A stretch of 62,850 bases of DNA, filler included, from Choristocarpus tenellus KU-1152 (GCA_964200185.2; 10 parts of 10 records of this genome joined end to end with filler, not necessarily neighbours in it); one strand, 5' to 3'. Shown: positions 23,330 through 36,110, numbered from the whole stretch's first letter. Notes: generated by a model not told the origin, from the letters alone. Numbers and translations: made by a program.

Positions 23330-23587
23330 GAGCCAAAGTATCTTAGAGGGTAGGGCCGCGTCCATTTGGGGGCCAAAATCCAATGTTGCGATTTTGACGT
23401 AATTTTGGCTTCAGTGTTTGTTAGGAAGTGTCAGTATCCTTGTTCCGGACACACTAATCCATAACGTACACATTTTACCTACTCCGAAACATTTTGGAGT
23501 GGAAAAATGTCATAAAAAACCCACGGGAAGCCAAGCCCCAAATGGACAAACAGGGAAAATCTCGTTCCCTCTAAGATACTTCCACTC
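23330..23587 (-). mobile_element. MITE family A, full copy
   Basis: GAGCCAAAGTATCTTAGAGGGTAGG ... CCCTCTAAGATACTTCCACTC; flanks ccc/acc. Confidence 0.9.
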
Positions 23588-24391
23588 ACCTGCATCTTGA
23601 TTGTGCAGCAACATTTTTCGTCTCCTTCCTGCAATCGTAACATTTCAAACCTAAGAACCATACCAGGCCTACAAAGTGCATCACACTGTGGTTCGTTCTT
23701 CAGCAAATAAACAGAGTTGCTGTGACAGAGGTACAGCTTATAAACCCCCTCGCCTGCACTGCCTCCACACTTTAGGAGGTATCCAATATTTTTTCAAAAC
23801 GTTTGCCTCTTATCCATTGTGTCACCCTCCTACGAATGAAAGCATCTGAAGTCTGCACCCATGCCGGCACAGAGGGCTCCATCTCTGTGCCCCCATGCTC
23901 TACATAGAAGATCCCATACATTAACTTTCCCTTGACTGGGCAGTGGAAACGTTGAAGATATTGGTAAGTTGATATTTGTGCACGATCGTGATTAATTCCT
24001 TCAAACTGAGATGTTTTGGTCTGAATTCCTTGTACAGAGGGTGCAGCGACCATCCCTTCTCCCATCTTCGATTAAGTAAATGACACCTATATCCCAAATT
24101 CTCGTCTGGTCTTGTTTATTTTGTAGGATCACCCAAACTTTCGCATAAGCCATACCCTGGTAAGGAATCTGCCCAACATCGACGGGGTTTCCTTTAGAAA
24201 CTGTTATCCCCCTATCTATTCCTTAGCCACCAACCTACTCCAAATTTGCCAACTTCTTAACTATAACCCACACATCAATCAACAAACCGAAAATGCACGC
24301 CAACACCTGAAATGGGTCGAGTGGTCGATTTTTACTAGGTATCTATTTTCACACCCAAATTTTGGATTCGGGGGAAGTGCTTTGATTATCT

Positions 24392-24403
24392 GATTGGCCA
24401 ATC
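24392..24403. promoter_or_regulatory. Palindromic double CCAAT box GATTGGCCAATC upstream of the GLOD4-Trx gene
   Basis: Perfect 12-bp palindrome ~180 bp before ATG 24586. Confidence 0.3.
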
Positions 24404-24585
24404 CAGTATCTCCAAAAGACACCGAAGATCAGCCAACCGACACATATCATTTTTTGTATTTATGTCTTCCACACGAGTACACCCTCTCACAAAACATTCA
24501 CAAAAATATTAGTAATTGCTATAGCCTTCTACACTGTTGTGGGAGTAATACTGAGTAGAACCCACCCTAATTACATCTTGTTACA

Positions 24586-27564
24586 ATGGCTCCAACAAAG
24601 GCCACAGCGGGGTGCAGAGCACTCCACTGGGTGCGTAAATTTACGACCTGTAGATATAGCTCATCTTTGACTGGCATGGAGACCACTTGCTAGTGTTTAA
24701 CACAAACAAGTTTCGCTGGTCGAACTAGTTGTGCACGCAAGCATATTGTCGTCATACTTGAGATTTCATGCTCACACACTCTTTGTGCGAACTTTGCACT
24801 GTCTCTCAATGCTCTTTGTTGATTGCCAGGTCCTGAAGATTGGCAACTTGAAAACATCGATGAACTTCTACGAAAAGGTTCTGGGACTTAAGGTGCTACG
24901 CCATGAAGAATTTGAGACAGGTTGCGAAGCGACCTGCAACGGACCTTACGCTGGTAAGGGATTTTCCAAGAAAATCCCCTCATCGGCGAGACTAGCACAT
25001 GGAGCCTTCTCCTGAAGGTCTTAGCCAACATTTCCACGACGCTAAGAAAAGCCTGGGTCCCGAACGATTCAAATTGTGTGGAGCTTGAACGCTACCTTTC
25101 GGCGGCAGTGGATGAGCCTTGATATGATGTAGTCCTGCTAGCTTTTGGGCTGTCTTCGCTTCCATTGTTGTAAAAACCTAGAGTGGAGAAGTAGGTGGAT
25201 GCACAGGATTTTCCTCCACATCGCATGTCAGTTTGCTCTACTTCACCTGGCCGTAGACCCCAAAATATCTGTACAAGAGTACCAATGCTTCAACGAAGGT
25301 AAGCTCCACTTGGAGCTACATTATCTCTGATCTATGTGTAAAATTGACACTGCCCATGGTCCCTTGATTTTCCTAAACCCTATCATGCGGTTCTCGCCAG
25401 GTGCCTGGTCCAAGACAATGATTGGTTGCGGCCCAGAGAAAGAAAACTTTGCTCTGGAGTTGACCTATAACTACGGCATCAATGAATACAAATTCGGCAA
25501 TGATCTACAGTACATCAGCCTACAGATGGATGTTCAGGATGCTAAGGCAAAGGCCGTCGAGGAAGGTTGTTCCCAACCCCCAACTCCTTCATTCCATTAG
25601 AATTACTCGCACCTCCACCCCACCCTGGTAGATCATTTCAATGGAATTATGTAGGTCATTTGCTTAACATTTGTTTCACATTGCCTACCTTTCGCAAAGC
25701 GCATGACTGTAGCTCTCCCTTAATATAGCAGTGTCTGCTTATGCTCTTCGACTATCAGCAATATGCAAGTACAACTCTGTGACTGTCCTGCGTATTCTAT
25801 GTGGTACTCAATGCCACCTGTACAAATAATTGGCATTGCCCTGAACATGACAAGTGCTGGAAATAGATTATATTTACTTTCATCTCTTTTTCTCCTCATG
25901 AACCCTTCATAAGCATACAGCCCCTCAGCTCAACTCCAACCGAAATTGGATACCTAATCTCCACCTTCACTTCCACCCTCACAAATTGTGCTTTTTTCAT
26001 GCTCCTTAGAGGAAGCCAGTGTGTATAAATAGGCTTTGCTGGTTTATTTTAATGTTTGTACACAATAGTAAATGGCTGATGTACAAGTTTGAGCTATAAT
26101 GTCTTGAAAGAGTAGCATGCACCTTTCTACAGAAGCACTCAAATCTACTTTCATTAAGAGTTTGCACCATGGTTTTTGAAACGTCTTATTCTTAGCTTAA
26201 AACCTTGTTCCGTGGGGCCAAAAATGAGTTTTTGATGTGGTGAGAGGTATTCTTTCTTTGTCTAATAGTGTTTTCTTTAAGTAAAGATAGGAAAGAAAAT
26301 ACTGTATCGCCACTTGGCAGCACACACAGGGCATCAAGCCTTACTTGTTGCATGTGTCTCTTAGTATGCATATATATCCTTGTGCATTCTTTGACATTCA
26401 ATGCAAAACCTTGTATGATCTGCAGGTGTAAGAGTTCCACATATATCCACCTTAGTAGACATGTGAAACAGGAATATCCATGTTTGCATCCGTGACAGTG
26501 TCCTACCTCCATGAAGATAAACCTACATTCGATAAAAGCAATGATAATCTTTGAGGATTATTGTTGAGCACCTGACACATCCTACCATCATCCCTACTTC
26601 TTGTCCTACCTTGTATTTGTCCAATGGACCCGATTCAGGGTTTACCTGTGATGAGATTGGAGGTGGAGGTGTGCTCATCCATGGACCGGATAGCTACCGC
26701 TTCAAGGTCCTTCCACCAGTTGAAGGTCGTGTAGAGCGCTTTGTGTCAGTGGGTCTAAGGGTAGACAGCCTCTCCAAGTCCACCGGCTACTGGGTTGACC
26801 TTCTGGGGATGAAGGAGTTTGCCACCCTAGGGAAGGAAAGTGTGTCTTGCCCCTCAGCCACTGTAGGGTTTGGAGAGGAACAGGTCAAGCTGGATCTCCT
26901 TGAGGTGAACGATGGGGCATCGGTGGACCATGCCCTCTCCTCCGGGCGTGTGGCATTTGCATGTGGGCCTGTGCCTCCCATTCATGAGGCTGTGGTTGAA
27001 GCAGGGGGTGCAGTACTGACGCCACCATTGACACTTCCAACCCCAGGTAAGGCAGATGTTGTGGTGACAATCGTTGCAGATGCTGATGCTTACGAAATCT
27101 GCTTTGTGGGAGCAGAAGCGTTTTATGACCTGGCTACACCCACGTACGACATCATCGACTTTTCGGCGCGGGCTCTCCGGGGGGGGGATGGGGCACCCCC
27201 TCCCAAGGCTGCCAAGCTGAATCACTCGGCTGCTGTGGGGGTGGCAGTGGAACCGGAGGATGTTGCAGCTGCAGTAGAGGCAGCTGGGCCGGAGGGGCTT
27301 GTCCTCCTTGACTTTGGCGCAGGCTGGTGCAAGAACTGTAAGCGACTGCTGCCAACTATAGAACGCATGGCATCAGAACATGCAGGAAAGCTCACAGTCC
27401 TTGCAGTGGATGTGGATGAGGCCGAGGAGCTCGCAGATGAGCATGGGGTTACGGGCGTGCCGCACTTTGTCATACTCCGAGCTGGAGAGAAGGTAGGGGA
27501 GTACAGGGGAAGCACAGAGGCAGACCTTGAGGCGGCTGTTGCAGGGCATATCAAAGTGGCGTGA
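24586..27564 (+). CDS. GLOD4: GLOD4-type glyoxalase-domain protein fused to C-terminal thioredoxin (419 aa; exons 24586-24630, 24830-24953, 25401-25565, 26639-27564)
   Basis: GT-AG, phase-consistent, 1260 nt. GLOD4 motifs: [86 protein letters not shown]. Trx tail: [37 protein letters not shown]. Confidence 0.93.
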
Positions 27565-29628
27565 GGAATTACTTTTTTTCATTAGAGTCGACTCAAAAGC
27601 ATGCTAGGAGTTGAAGGTTGGTGTGCGACTTCATCTGTGGGATTGGCTATGAGTGTGAGGTCACTTGGTTTGTTCTAGTTCCTATTTATTGCTGTGTTGG
27701 GTAGTCTATTGTCACAAGATTGACCACAGTGCCGTGAAGGAGTACTTGGAGGAGAGATAAAGGGAGTACACTTTGTTGGATTGGGTTTTTTGAGTGATAT
27801 CAGAATTGGTATTGAGAAAAATACCGTGGCCGTGCTTGTCTGGGCACTGACTTTTGTTTTTCATAGTTGAAAAACTATAAACAAAGTTTTGTTATTTTTG
27901 CATATATGGCGATTTCAATACTGAAGCTGAACTGGTGTCTCTACCAACTCTCAGAATCGAGAGGCTGCATAATCTACATGTGTTGGCCGGATTGATTTGT
28001 CCATTTTTCTGTTTAGGTTGAATTAATTGGGATCAAGCTACTTCTAATGAATAGGAAAGAGGCATTGGGTTGAAAATATTACCTTTGATAAAATTCCATT
28101 TACCTAAAGAATGACTTGTTCATGGGTTTGTGCTGCTGGCAGCAGCTGCCCAATGCAAGAGACATTTATGCACACATTTTTGGGGGGTTTGGGATATTGA
28201 CTTCATCTTTGGGGGTTACTTAAGGTAGTACTGTTTCCTTTGAATATGTGGGAGACTGTGTAAGGGGTGATACATTATGAACAAATGGTTCAAAATTCAA
28301 TGTATGGAGCGTGCTTTCTCAGACGTTCCCCACGTCTTGATTTGTAGTGTGTGACATTTAACCATGGTATCCACATCTTCTTGTTTCATTTGCACATGGT
28401 GGAGACTAATTCACTGCTATTACATGCAATCGTTTTTAACATATGCATGGTCTGCTTAGCATTGGCTCTGCTGTACAGGGATTTCTCTCCCAGTGTGCTC
28501 CTTTAAGGGACACTCAGTACTTGCTGTTAGTCAAAAGAGGTTTGATTATTCCATCCCATTGATGAATGGAACAAACATACAAATACATGGATGATTATTG
28601 ACTAGATTGTGATTTTTAACCTGGGCAGTGGACTTGCCACAACAAGTGTCCAACTAGCTTCTAGTCTTACAGCATGGCCATTTCCTAGAGTATCATCGGA
28701 AAATTATTTGAATGTCAGTAACGCCCTCATCAAACACCTTTAAACCTGGAGCAGTTACTACCGGGTGCTTTTTCATTGACTTATTAATTCTGATTTTCAT
28801 ACGTGGTTGATTGTGGAAGAGGCTCCAGAGTACAAGTTATGGAAGGGTGTACAGGAGTCACGAAATATTTTTTCAAACACGGACAAGGCACGGGATAACA
28901 ATTCGACGTACAAGAACAAATATTAGTTAGTGCTGTACAGAACGGTATAGACCAAGGAGCTCAGAGCCAGCGCAAGAAAGAGTTAAACCAATTGGATGGG
29001 GAGTCACCTTCTGTTAGCATCCCCACACACATAATACCAACCGTGGTACCTTTGACGTCTACATCCTCATAACTAGGTGGTTGTAACTCAGCGTTCTTTA
29101 GGGGATTCGAATCCGGTCATCACCAAATTTCACCCTTTCATACATTGGATTATACACATGTACTATTTTCTGTATGATGGAACTATGACATATTATTTCC
29201 TCTGTACCATCCGTAACCTGGACAATGTTCAGGGTCCGGTGGCTTAATAACTTTGGTTATCATATTACCCCGAGTTCATATTTGCTCTACATCCATTGTC
29301 TAGCACTAGACTCACAGCACCTTACACCTCTAGTCAGGGCAACTCCCACAGCCATTCACTTAATTATTATTATTTTACACAACTACAATTTGATCTTTTC
29401 AAACCAATGGTCAGAGTTTGTAAGGCAAGAGAAGGCGATATCTGGAAGAAAATGCAACAGAAGAAAGATGAGATATTGGAAAAGAAAAACATGATAAATG
29501 TGTGTACATCTTCTGTAAAACTCACTCATAATGTCCACTGTCTCACAAAAAGCTCAGCACAATGTCCGCTCTGTGCAGTGTTCACTATCTAGGACGTACA
29601 GAGCTTGGGTAAATTGTCTCTTGAAGAC

Positions 29629-29899
29629 GACCCAAAGCATTTAAGAGGGTAGGTGTTTTGCCCTGTTCGTCCGTTTGGGGGTTTGGCTTCCCATGAGATT
29701 TTTATGCCCTTTTTCATTTTTCTGTGTTACATTTCGGATTTTGAGTAGGTAAAATGTATAGGACTATGAAAGGTGTGTCCGGAGGAAGGATATTGGCACT
29801 TGCTAACAAACACAATAATAGCTGAAACGAATCAAAATCGCAGCATTGGATTTTTGACCCTGAATGGACACAGCCCTACCCTCTGAAATGTTTTGGCTC
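29629..29899 (+). mobile_element. MITE family A-related, diverged subfamily
   Basis: GACCCAAAGCATTTAAGAGGGTAGG ... CCCTACCCTCTGAAATGTTTTGGCTC with a family-A-like interior. Confidence 0.8.
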
Positions 29900-30309
29900 C
29901 GAATGCTGCGCAAGCCCTACTAAAACTACCCCCCCTTATAGTTAGGACTCACTCTTCACTGCAACCCAATAAAGCACATTCCACATCACCATCTTCTTCT
30001 TGGTCAAGCAGTGCACTCTTTGGTAGTGAGCGGACAAACAGACATTATGTGCAGGCCTTGCAATACACAACGAAATTTATAGAGCAAATAGACTCCAATG
30101 CTATTTGGACAGCAGACTTTAAAGAGCACAACAGCTCTAACTCTGTAGTGGGCAACAATGGTTATAGACTCATTTACATCACTATAATTCTTCACAACAG
30201 TCTGAGGGGTCCCAGACTTGTGGTAAAAAGATATCAAAAGATAGTCGTAAGTACAAAAAATAGGCAATGTACACTTCTTGAGAGATGAAATTACCACTGA
30301 CGAAGAAAA

Positions 30310-31183
30310 TGTATTTTATTTTGCTCACAAATTCTGGATTATTATTATTTTTCTATGTCTGCATTCCACCCATTCCCCTCCTTCCCATTGTACCGCTACT
30401 TGTGACCAACCGGTGTAACCCCTTCGGCAATGATTTCAGTCACCCCACTTACGATGACCAACCAGTGCAAACCCCTTTCAACATTGATTTACAGCCACCA
30501 CCCACCTCTGATGACCAACCAGTGCGACCCCTTCGCCACTGATTTCCAGTCACCCTCCCCCCATACAATGATCAACCAATGCGAACTCCTTCCACCATTG
30601 ATTTCCAGCCACGGCCCTCTGATGACCAACCAGTGTGAACCCCCTTCACCACTGATTTCCAGTCACCCCCCCACCCTTCAACCCCATTCAACCACCAACC
30701 AGTTACCTCTCCCCGCAACCCCACACCACTTACCACTCCCCCACACCCCTCAACACCACTCCACAATCATCCAAGAACCTCCCTTCATCATCTACTTCAT
30801 ACCGTGCCTTTAAACTACAAGACATCTACCCCTCCCGAACTTGGCCTCTGCTCCCTTACCCAGCATCCCAATCGGTCGCGAGTAAGCAAAAGTATGGGTG
30901 GGCGGAAGAGCTTGCTCGGAGGTTGTCTTGTTCTAGTCCTCCTCGTCTTGTACCATCAGCCCTAGGATTTCTTTACATACCGACGATTCCTTCTTACCTT
31001 ATGCCTCCACCTACCAACCACTTCTTTTTACTTCTCTCCTACCTCTTCTACCTCCCAATCACCGAGTACTTAACTCTTCGTTCGTCCCTCGACTACTTTT
31101 TCTTTTTCCTTCCTCACCTCTCCCTCCCCTGTACTACATTCCTACCAGAATTCTTCCGTCCACAACACTCAGATTGTTTCACA
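30310..31183 (+). repeat. Dispersed repeat family C, longest copy (~870 bp): minisatellite + long hairpin + pyrimidine-rich tail; possible solo LTR or non-autonomous retroposon
   Basis: Left part matches 16328; 30500-31183 aligns with 59450-59989. Ends read TGT...ACA but there is no clean TSD. Confidence 0.8.
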
Positions 31184-31329
31184 AAAGAAGTGAAAGAAGA
31201 AAGAGAAAAATGGAAAAGGAGGTCAGTTTATCTACCACTAGAGTAACAAAGAGAGCCTAGGGTGAAATGTACTCACACACAAGATGAAGAAAACTTGTGT
31301 TACACAATGTTCATCCATTCTGAAAAACA

Positions 31330-33266
31330 CCGCTCACCATATTTCAGCAGGCAGTGGTGGTGGTGGTGGTGGTGGTGGTTGTGTTGCCTTAGCTCCTGCT
31401 TTAGCATGATGTACACATCAGCTATCACAGCTTCCTAGAATACAACTCTGCCATTAAGCTCATTGTGCCACCAACCACACATTTGTACTACCTGTGTTGG
31501 TTGCTCTTGTGCTCCATCCCTCAAGTGTGATCCCAAATCACTCAACATCATATTGTAAGCTCACTCATCGGTTCTTCTCCTGTCCACCTATCTTTTGTTC
31601 TCCATCCACAACTTCGTCAAAAATCAACACCTCTGCAAGTCGTCCATCCCTCATGTGTGCAACTGAACCTGCGAAAAGGAGACTCCGTTCGTGCACAGTT
31701 GTCTCGATTTCTCACAACCAACAGTCACGAGAGCATCTTTGTGGGGCAGTGTGTGATTGGTTCATTCCCGTAAGTGAAATCAGATTCGCCATAAGAAGAA
31801 TTTGTGAAGATGGAGATGAAGCTTCATATAGCCGGCCTAGCGAAGTGTCCATGTCATACAACCATATGTCAGAATCCCAACTACTTCAGCATTGAGTATA
31901 CGGATCTTAGCTCTCAAGTGATACGAGTGAGGTCCTGCCATAGAGCACTTGGCAGTCTTTAATGAAGCAACTCCAAGCTTTTTGAACCCGTCAACTGCTC
32001 GGTGGCGAAAGCAGCTTCATCTCCAATGGTTCCTCCAAGGTAAGCTATGTTGCCTGTCTCTTGGAACCTCTGGTCCAATGCCCGGATCTACATGACGTCT
32101 ACAACTTTTTTGGAAGGCTGAAGAGATGCATGGTCTCAGCCTTCAACTCAGACTCACTCTGTCTGAATGACCCGAACACCTCAAATCATCACTATAATAC
32201 TAGCCAAACTTCCTTGGGTCTCAAACACAAAGCTCTCCCATCATCAGCACAAAGCATACGCCACAGGAGCTGCTCAGATGCTCTGCTGCTCTCTGTTGCT
32301 CCTCCTTGTTTGACTTGATTGTTTGTGGGCACTCTCTTGACGAAAACAATGCTCTTGGAGATGACAGGGCCAGAGTCGAACTACTTTATTTCCTGGTACA
32401 CTTAGCACTACAGTGTGAAGAAGGTGTTGAAAAGGATGGGAGCAAGAATACACTATTGTCGAAGGCCCTGCCCAGCCTCATAACAGTCTATGTACACACT
32501 CCATCATCCATGTGACATATGCTTTCATTCCATCATGGTATTGGCTGTTGACATAGATCTTCTTTCATGTGCTCTAAATTTGGCAACCATAGACAACAGG
32601 AGATCGCAATTAACATGTCCATATCGTGCTTCCTGTAGTTCAATAAACCACATGAATAGAGGTACATGCTTTTCTCAGCAGAGCTGTTGGAAGTCACATA
32701 CAGAGTACATCATATCCACACTGGAGCACTGGGGCGGAAAACCGCACTATTGCTCAAGGAGTGAGTATGTTATCCCATTACAAGTATCTCCCAGCCATCG
32801 TGCAATGACGTTGAGAAGCGCTTTGGCAGCATGTGCCACCAATGAGACGTCCCGTTAGTCACCACACTTTCTCTGATCCTTCTTGTGGAGCACTGCAACG
32901 ACGGCATCCTTCCAGAATTGCAGCACAATCTTCTGGTCCCACACAGCTAACACAACCTTGTGGAAACTCTCCAGGATAGCCTCATCCTCCTTTAGGCCAG
33001 TTTCAGAATCTCAGGTTGAAGATTATCTGGACTCATCGCCTTACCATTTCCCATTACCCGGATTGTTCATCCACTTCCACCAGTTTTGATGCACCAGCAA
33101 GTTCCCATGCACGGGATTGTTGGTTGAGGACTTCAGCTCTATCAGAGATGAGGTCGATCAGCCTGTCACTGAGAAGAACCACCATGAAGTATCGCCTCCA
33201 CCTTTCTGTGACGGACTGATTTTCCCAGTAGCCTGCCAAACTGTCGGATTCTCTAAGTAGAACCCT
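31330..33266 (-). mobile_element. Degenerate RTE-clade LINE reverse transcriptase and C-terminus
   Basis: ERWRRYF; KDQRKCGD*RDVSLVAHAAKALL; EQ*CGFPPQCSSVDMM; QYHDGMKAYV..GQGLRQ*CILAPILFNTFF; WRMLCADDG (YADD); NAEVVGILTYGCMTWTL; ETTVHERSLLFAGSVAHM..GGQEKN. These are the motifs of Ectocarpus-like RTE elements. Confidence 0.92.
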
Positions 33267-33423
33267 GACTCGAAGTATCTGGGGGGGGAGTAGCGGCAGT
33301 CCATTTGGGGGCAATTTTTTCATGTCACGATTTTTGTGTGATTTAGTTGCATGTGTCGGATGGATAATGGACACCCTGGTGTAGACCCCTCCCCCCCCCC
33401 CTTCCCCCCAGATACTTTGGGTC
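33267..33423. mobile_element. MITE family B, full copy (157 bp), TSD CCT
   Basis: GACTCGAAGTATCTGGGGGGGG ... CCCCCCAGATACTTTGGGTC, flanked by cct/cct; shares GTCCATTTGGGG with family A. Confidence 0.88.
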
Positions 33424-35329
33424 CCTTTCCGGTGTTGCTAAAAACAAGCTTGGTTATTACGGTGGATAATGTTTTTCATTTTCCTGGTGTAGGCGTCAAT
33501 AAACTCTTGTAAGGTGTTGAAACCTGATTTCGAATGAGTTTTGTGTTGTTGTGATTTGTGACGAAGGAGGTTATAGGGCAACAAAGCACTGATGAATTTG
33601 TGCTAGTAGGTCTGATGAAATGTTGTATTCAGTCAGACAATATTCGAAGTGAAGGTATGTCTTGGTTGTGCTGCTGTGATTAGCATGATCAGAGGCAATT
33701 ATGTGTCATAGTGCAACAAGACACCGGCGGATACGGTTTGATGTGTCTGAAGGGATGTCTTACTCAATCGTCAGACTTTGAAGTGAGAAGGGTACAGATG
33801 TGTCTGTGGCATATTTTACTCAAGCAGACGGTGATTGATAGAACTGCGTGGTCATTCATTGAGACATTCAAATGAAGAAATCCATCCTCTGTGAAGAGGA
33901 TTGTCACCTTGGCAGAGAAGGGTTTCGAAGGATGGTTTTAACTCTGTTTATGTTGCATTCCGGCGTGTGTCTTATACGTGTTGCAGAGAGATGGATAGCT
34001 TTCGATGGGGCAATGCCAGTAAAAATAAATAAATAATCAACACATCCTATGCAACTGTTAACTTGCGTCATGGAGATGAAGTAAAAAATAACGAAACAAG
34101 AAGGCAAGCTTGAGTCCATATCAAACATAACTAATAACCCCCATAGTATTTGTGTATGATAGACAGCGACTGTTCCTACGATTTCTATCCACTGTGACGT
34201 ACTGACAGTGGTTGAGCAAAGTGTGATGATGAACTAATGATGGGAATGGGAATATCGACCAGTACAATGGACGAATCAGTATTCAGTGTGATGATGCTGT
34301 ATTGTATCAAAACAAATCGAATGAGTAGCCTATGTTTTAACGTAAGGCACACGCCTTCACCCCTTCAATGGCTTTCCAGACGTCTCCAATGCCATGTTGA
34401 AAGTGGGGCTTGGGGGGTCTGTGCATAGTTGTTTCCATGCCCTTCCCTGTTCCTCCCTGGCCTCCAGGAAGCTTGGTTGAGTTTGGTCACCTGTGCACTA
34501 TCCTCCTGGAAGCACAACCCTTGTAGAAGGTGGTAGTAGTACTTCTAAGGCAGCTTCCAACAATTATCTTATAGATGAAACTACTGTATTTTTGACTTTG
34601 GAGGGTACATCAGCTGTATCTTTCTTTGTTTGTCACCGCCTCCTCTGGTGTTGTGTTCAATTTTGGATTTTTCAGTAACCACAATTGCCAGTACATATTT
34701 CAAAGGGTGGCAAAACATCAGCTGCCAGGGCTTGTTGGGTAAGAAAATTGTGCCTCTTTCACCAGGGTGCAGCTTACCATTGGGGCCAAAACAACCAAGA
34801 AAACATACATACCGATGTTGATGCTATGCAGTGAATGATTCTGTTAGCAGAACCCCATCTCCCCCCAGATGCCCAATTAGGTGTGGGATCTCTTCCCCTT
34901 CCTTGGGTAAACCGGAAAAAAGTACAAGTCTGTCCATTGCTCAATACGTCGAGAGGCACTCAATATTGTTACTATTCAAAACATACACCTTTGAGTTGTG
35001 ATCCTCCCTTCCCTCGTCTCTCTTCAGTTGTCATTGCTAATGCCCATCAGAACAAAAAGCTTGTCTTAGTCCTACTACTGTTGAATATGGTGAAACTTCT
35101 ACCTCTAATGTTCAGCGTTAGTTCAAATAGTTTGCGAGGCAGACCATTACTGTACAAGATGGTGTCAGATTTCATTATTTTGGACTGGGGTCTTCAAAAC
35201 CGTACTATGAGGTTACCCTAATATTGCTGTGAAATCCGAGCTTGTCCACTAATTCTATGTCGCCCGATGTGAACCTGCAAGAAGTGTCTTCCCAGTGCGG
35301 CATTTTTCATAATCCACGCTGACGAGGGC

Positions 35330-36110
35330 GAGCAGTTTCCCTTTTGTGACTTACTTATTGACAACAACATAAGGCATCTTGAAATTGTTGTCAACCTTGC
35401 ACCCAAGCACTTCATCAGCAGTAGCAAAAATCCAATACCACCAGGGTTACAGGGTCTTGCGGGGGAACTCATTGAACACCAGGTCCTTTAGTAGTGACTC
35501 CAGAGTCATTCTTAAGTCGCTGGGTGGAGTGGAAGAAGCCCAGGTCGAGAACATTGAGGTCCAGTTAGTGGGTTGGTTGGATGTGTTTCCAGTTATTTTT
35601 TGCCCCCCCTTTCACTCTCACCGGTTTCAATGAGCCCACCCAAGCGTGTGGTTTGGCACAGTCCTGGTGGATGAAGATGGTGGGTCTGCTGGTATCCTTT
35701 ACTTGATATCACGATAAGAATATCAATCATGTACTTTTGTTTTTCCCCATCCGGTTTGATTTCCATGGTGGCGGCAACACGGTTTTTGCTTGAGTACATT
35801 GCCTTCACAGTCTGGGTGATAGACCAGATGCTAATCTTTCCGTCCAACCAGACTGATAATTGCCGGGGGCTGATCAAACCTACAAGAAACATCATCTTCG
35901 TAATGAAACGTTTGGTGTCCGTTAGGGGGGTTGGGGATGTCGTCACCAGACTGGATGCAGACTCTAGCTCCTTATCTCATCACGTAGATCCACTTTACAT
36001 TCACCCGTAACCAGTCGCAAATTTCGCCGACAACCATCGCTGTTCTCCTTTTCTGAAGATGAGACTGTGGACAAACTCCACCTTGTGGACCTTTCATTTC
36101 ATAACAACGA
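35330..36110 (-). mobile_element. Degenerate Tc1/mariner (DD39D-type) transposase catalytic domain
   Basis: DWLRVNVKWIY (=HVDEKWFY), KRFITKMMFLVGLISPR..LDGKISIW..SSKNRVAATMEIKP, PTIFIHQDCAKPH, DLNVLDLGFFHSTQRLK; same family as 1-330. Confidence 0.88.

Larger units (their letters stand above)
22040..24065 (-). pseudogene. Long decayed ORF, probable DNA-transposon relic
   Basis: Minus-strand frame with scattered stops (MGEGMVAAPSV...; ...MQTYVKNGGPFQKEKVCKRWEFDLKCFEYF...); MITE inserted at 23330. Confidence 0.25.

Noticed and set aside
29095-29120. tRNA gene or tRNA-derived SINE (GGATTCGAATCC, B-box-like)
   Set aside because: No cloverleaf, no convincing A box and no second copy in the window.
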